36,261 bases of DNA from a virus (taxonomy: Duplodnaviria; Caudoviricetes). A program made the position numbers and the translations under genes. The stretch lies in IMG/VR virus record IMGVR_UViG_3300030037_000041; one strand, 5' to 3'. The notes under the pieces are model-generated. The model did not search any database. It was not told the DNA's origin and saw nothing but the letters and a program-made list of their open reading frames with translations. Positions 35,656-36,261 of the stretch are shown here, piece after piece (the first letter of the stretch is position 1; each line of letters begins with the position of its first letter).

Positions 35656-36261
35656 ATGAGCGCTAAACAGCCTTCAGCGGAAAAGCGTTGCCAAGCTATT
35701 GAGGCTGGACTGGTGTTGATTAAATCCGGATTGCCACCCACGAAGGCATGGGAGACTGTAGGCAAGCAGTTTAATGTTCATAAGAACGTTGTTTATCGGT
35801 GGTATGGAGCAGTGCGTGGTAAGCCTCGACAGGAATGGTTGGATATATTGACGGCGAAACATAAAGGACGGACAGTAACCGCGCCTTTTAGTGAGAAAGC
35901 TTGGGACTATTTTCTTGATGCTTACAGCAAGAGTAGCCCGCCCAGCATGTCAGAGGCTTATGAAAAAACGCTTGTAGAATCACGTCTGCAAAACTGGTCA
36001 TTTCCCTCGGTCAGAACTGTCCAGCGTAGAGCTAAATTATCAGGCATTTCTAGGCGGTATATGTATGACATTCACGATGACGTTTGGGAGTGCTTTTTAA
36101 AGATCTATAAGGCGATGTCACAGCCTAGTTTTTCATTAGCTTATAAGGAGACGTCTGAGGTAGCTAAAAAGAACGGTTGGCAGATGCCATCATATGATGC
36201 GTTTCGACTGCTATATAACATGAAGGGTTTCGAGTTAAGGACTATTTACGACAACGATTAA
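35656..36261 (+). CDS. Stand-alone MuA end-binding domain protein (I-beta plus two I-gamma-like), no catalytic core
   Basis: Aligns by eye with the end-binding region of this phage's MuA (AWDYFLDAY..P...W.FPSVRTVQRR vs AWEFIKADY..P...WAIPAQRTLERR); second copy VWECFLKIY...WQMPS. Confidence 0.75.
   Translation: MSAKQPSAEKRCQAIEAGLVLIKSGLPPTKAWETVGKQFNVHKNVVYRWYGAVRGKPRQEWLDILTAKHKGRTVTAPFSEKAWDYFLDAYSKSSPPSMSEAYEKTLVESRLQNWSFPSVRTVQRRAKLSGISRRYMYDIHDDVWECFLKIYKAMSQPSFSLAYKETSEVAKKNGWQMPSYDAFRLLYNMKGFELRTIYDND

Larger units (their letters stand above)
1..36261 (+). mobile_element. Mu-like transposable prophage (contractile tail), ner to beyond com; repressor and att ends not seen
   Basis: DDE transposase plus AAA ATPase, then Mu-order head (gp27-gp36), tail sheath/tube, baseplate (gp43-48), fibre and com genes. 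Confidence 0.97.

Noticed and set aside
35185-36261. Prophage right end (attR)
   Set aside because: No repeated MuA-binding sites or terminal CA could be identified, so the end probably lies outside the window

Overview
The window is a nearly complete Mu-like (transposable, contractile-tailed) prophage with all genes on the + strand. It runs from ner through MuA/MuB, an accessory early region, mor/C, lysis, head, tail, baseplate and fibre genes to com. The c repressor and both phage ends are not visible. Several things depart from a standard Mu genome. (1) An integrase-less array of integron-type cassettes (7617-8476) sits in the early region. Its attC sites are oriented opposite to their genes, and each cassette has perfectly self-complementary ends. 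(2) mom is absent. In its place is a C4/CI-type antisense-RNA locus controlling a stand-alone MuA end-binding-domain protein, and a stand-alone MuA I-alpha gene lies just upstream of MuA. (3) A structured com leader could act as a translational switch. (4) MuF has a C-terminal nuclease-like extension followed by a structured non-coding spacer rather than an immunity ORF. (5) The major capsid protein has a signal-peptide-like N-terminus. (6) A three-gene insert with 22-aa repeats precedes the terminase. (7) Two identically spaced late promoters predict leaderless mRNAs. All product calls come from recognising motifs and synteny by eye; no database searches were run.
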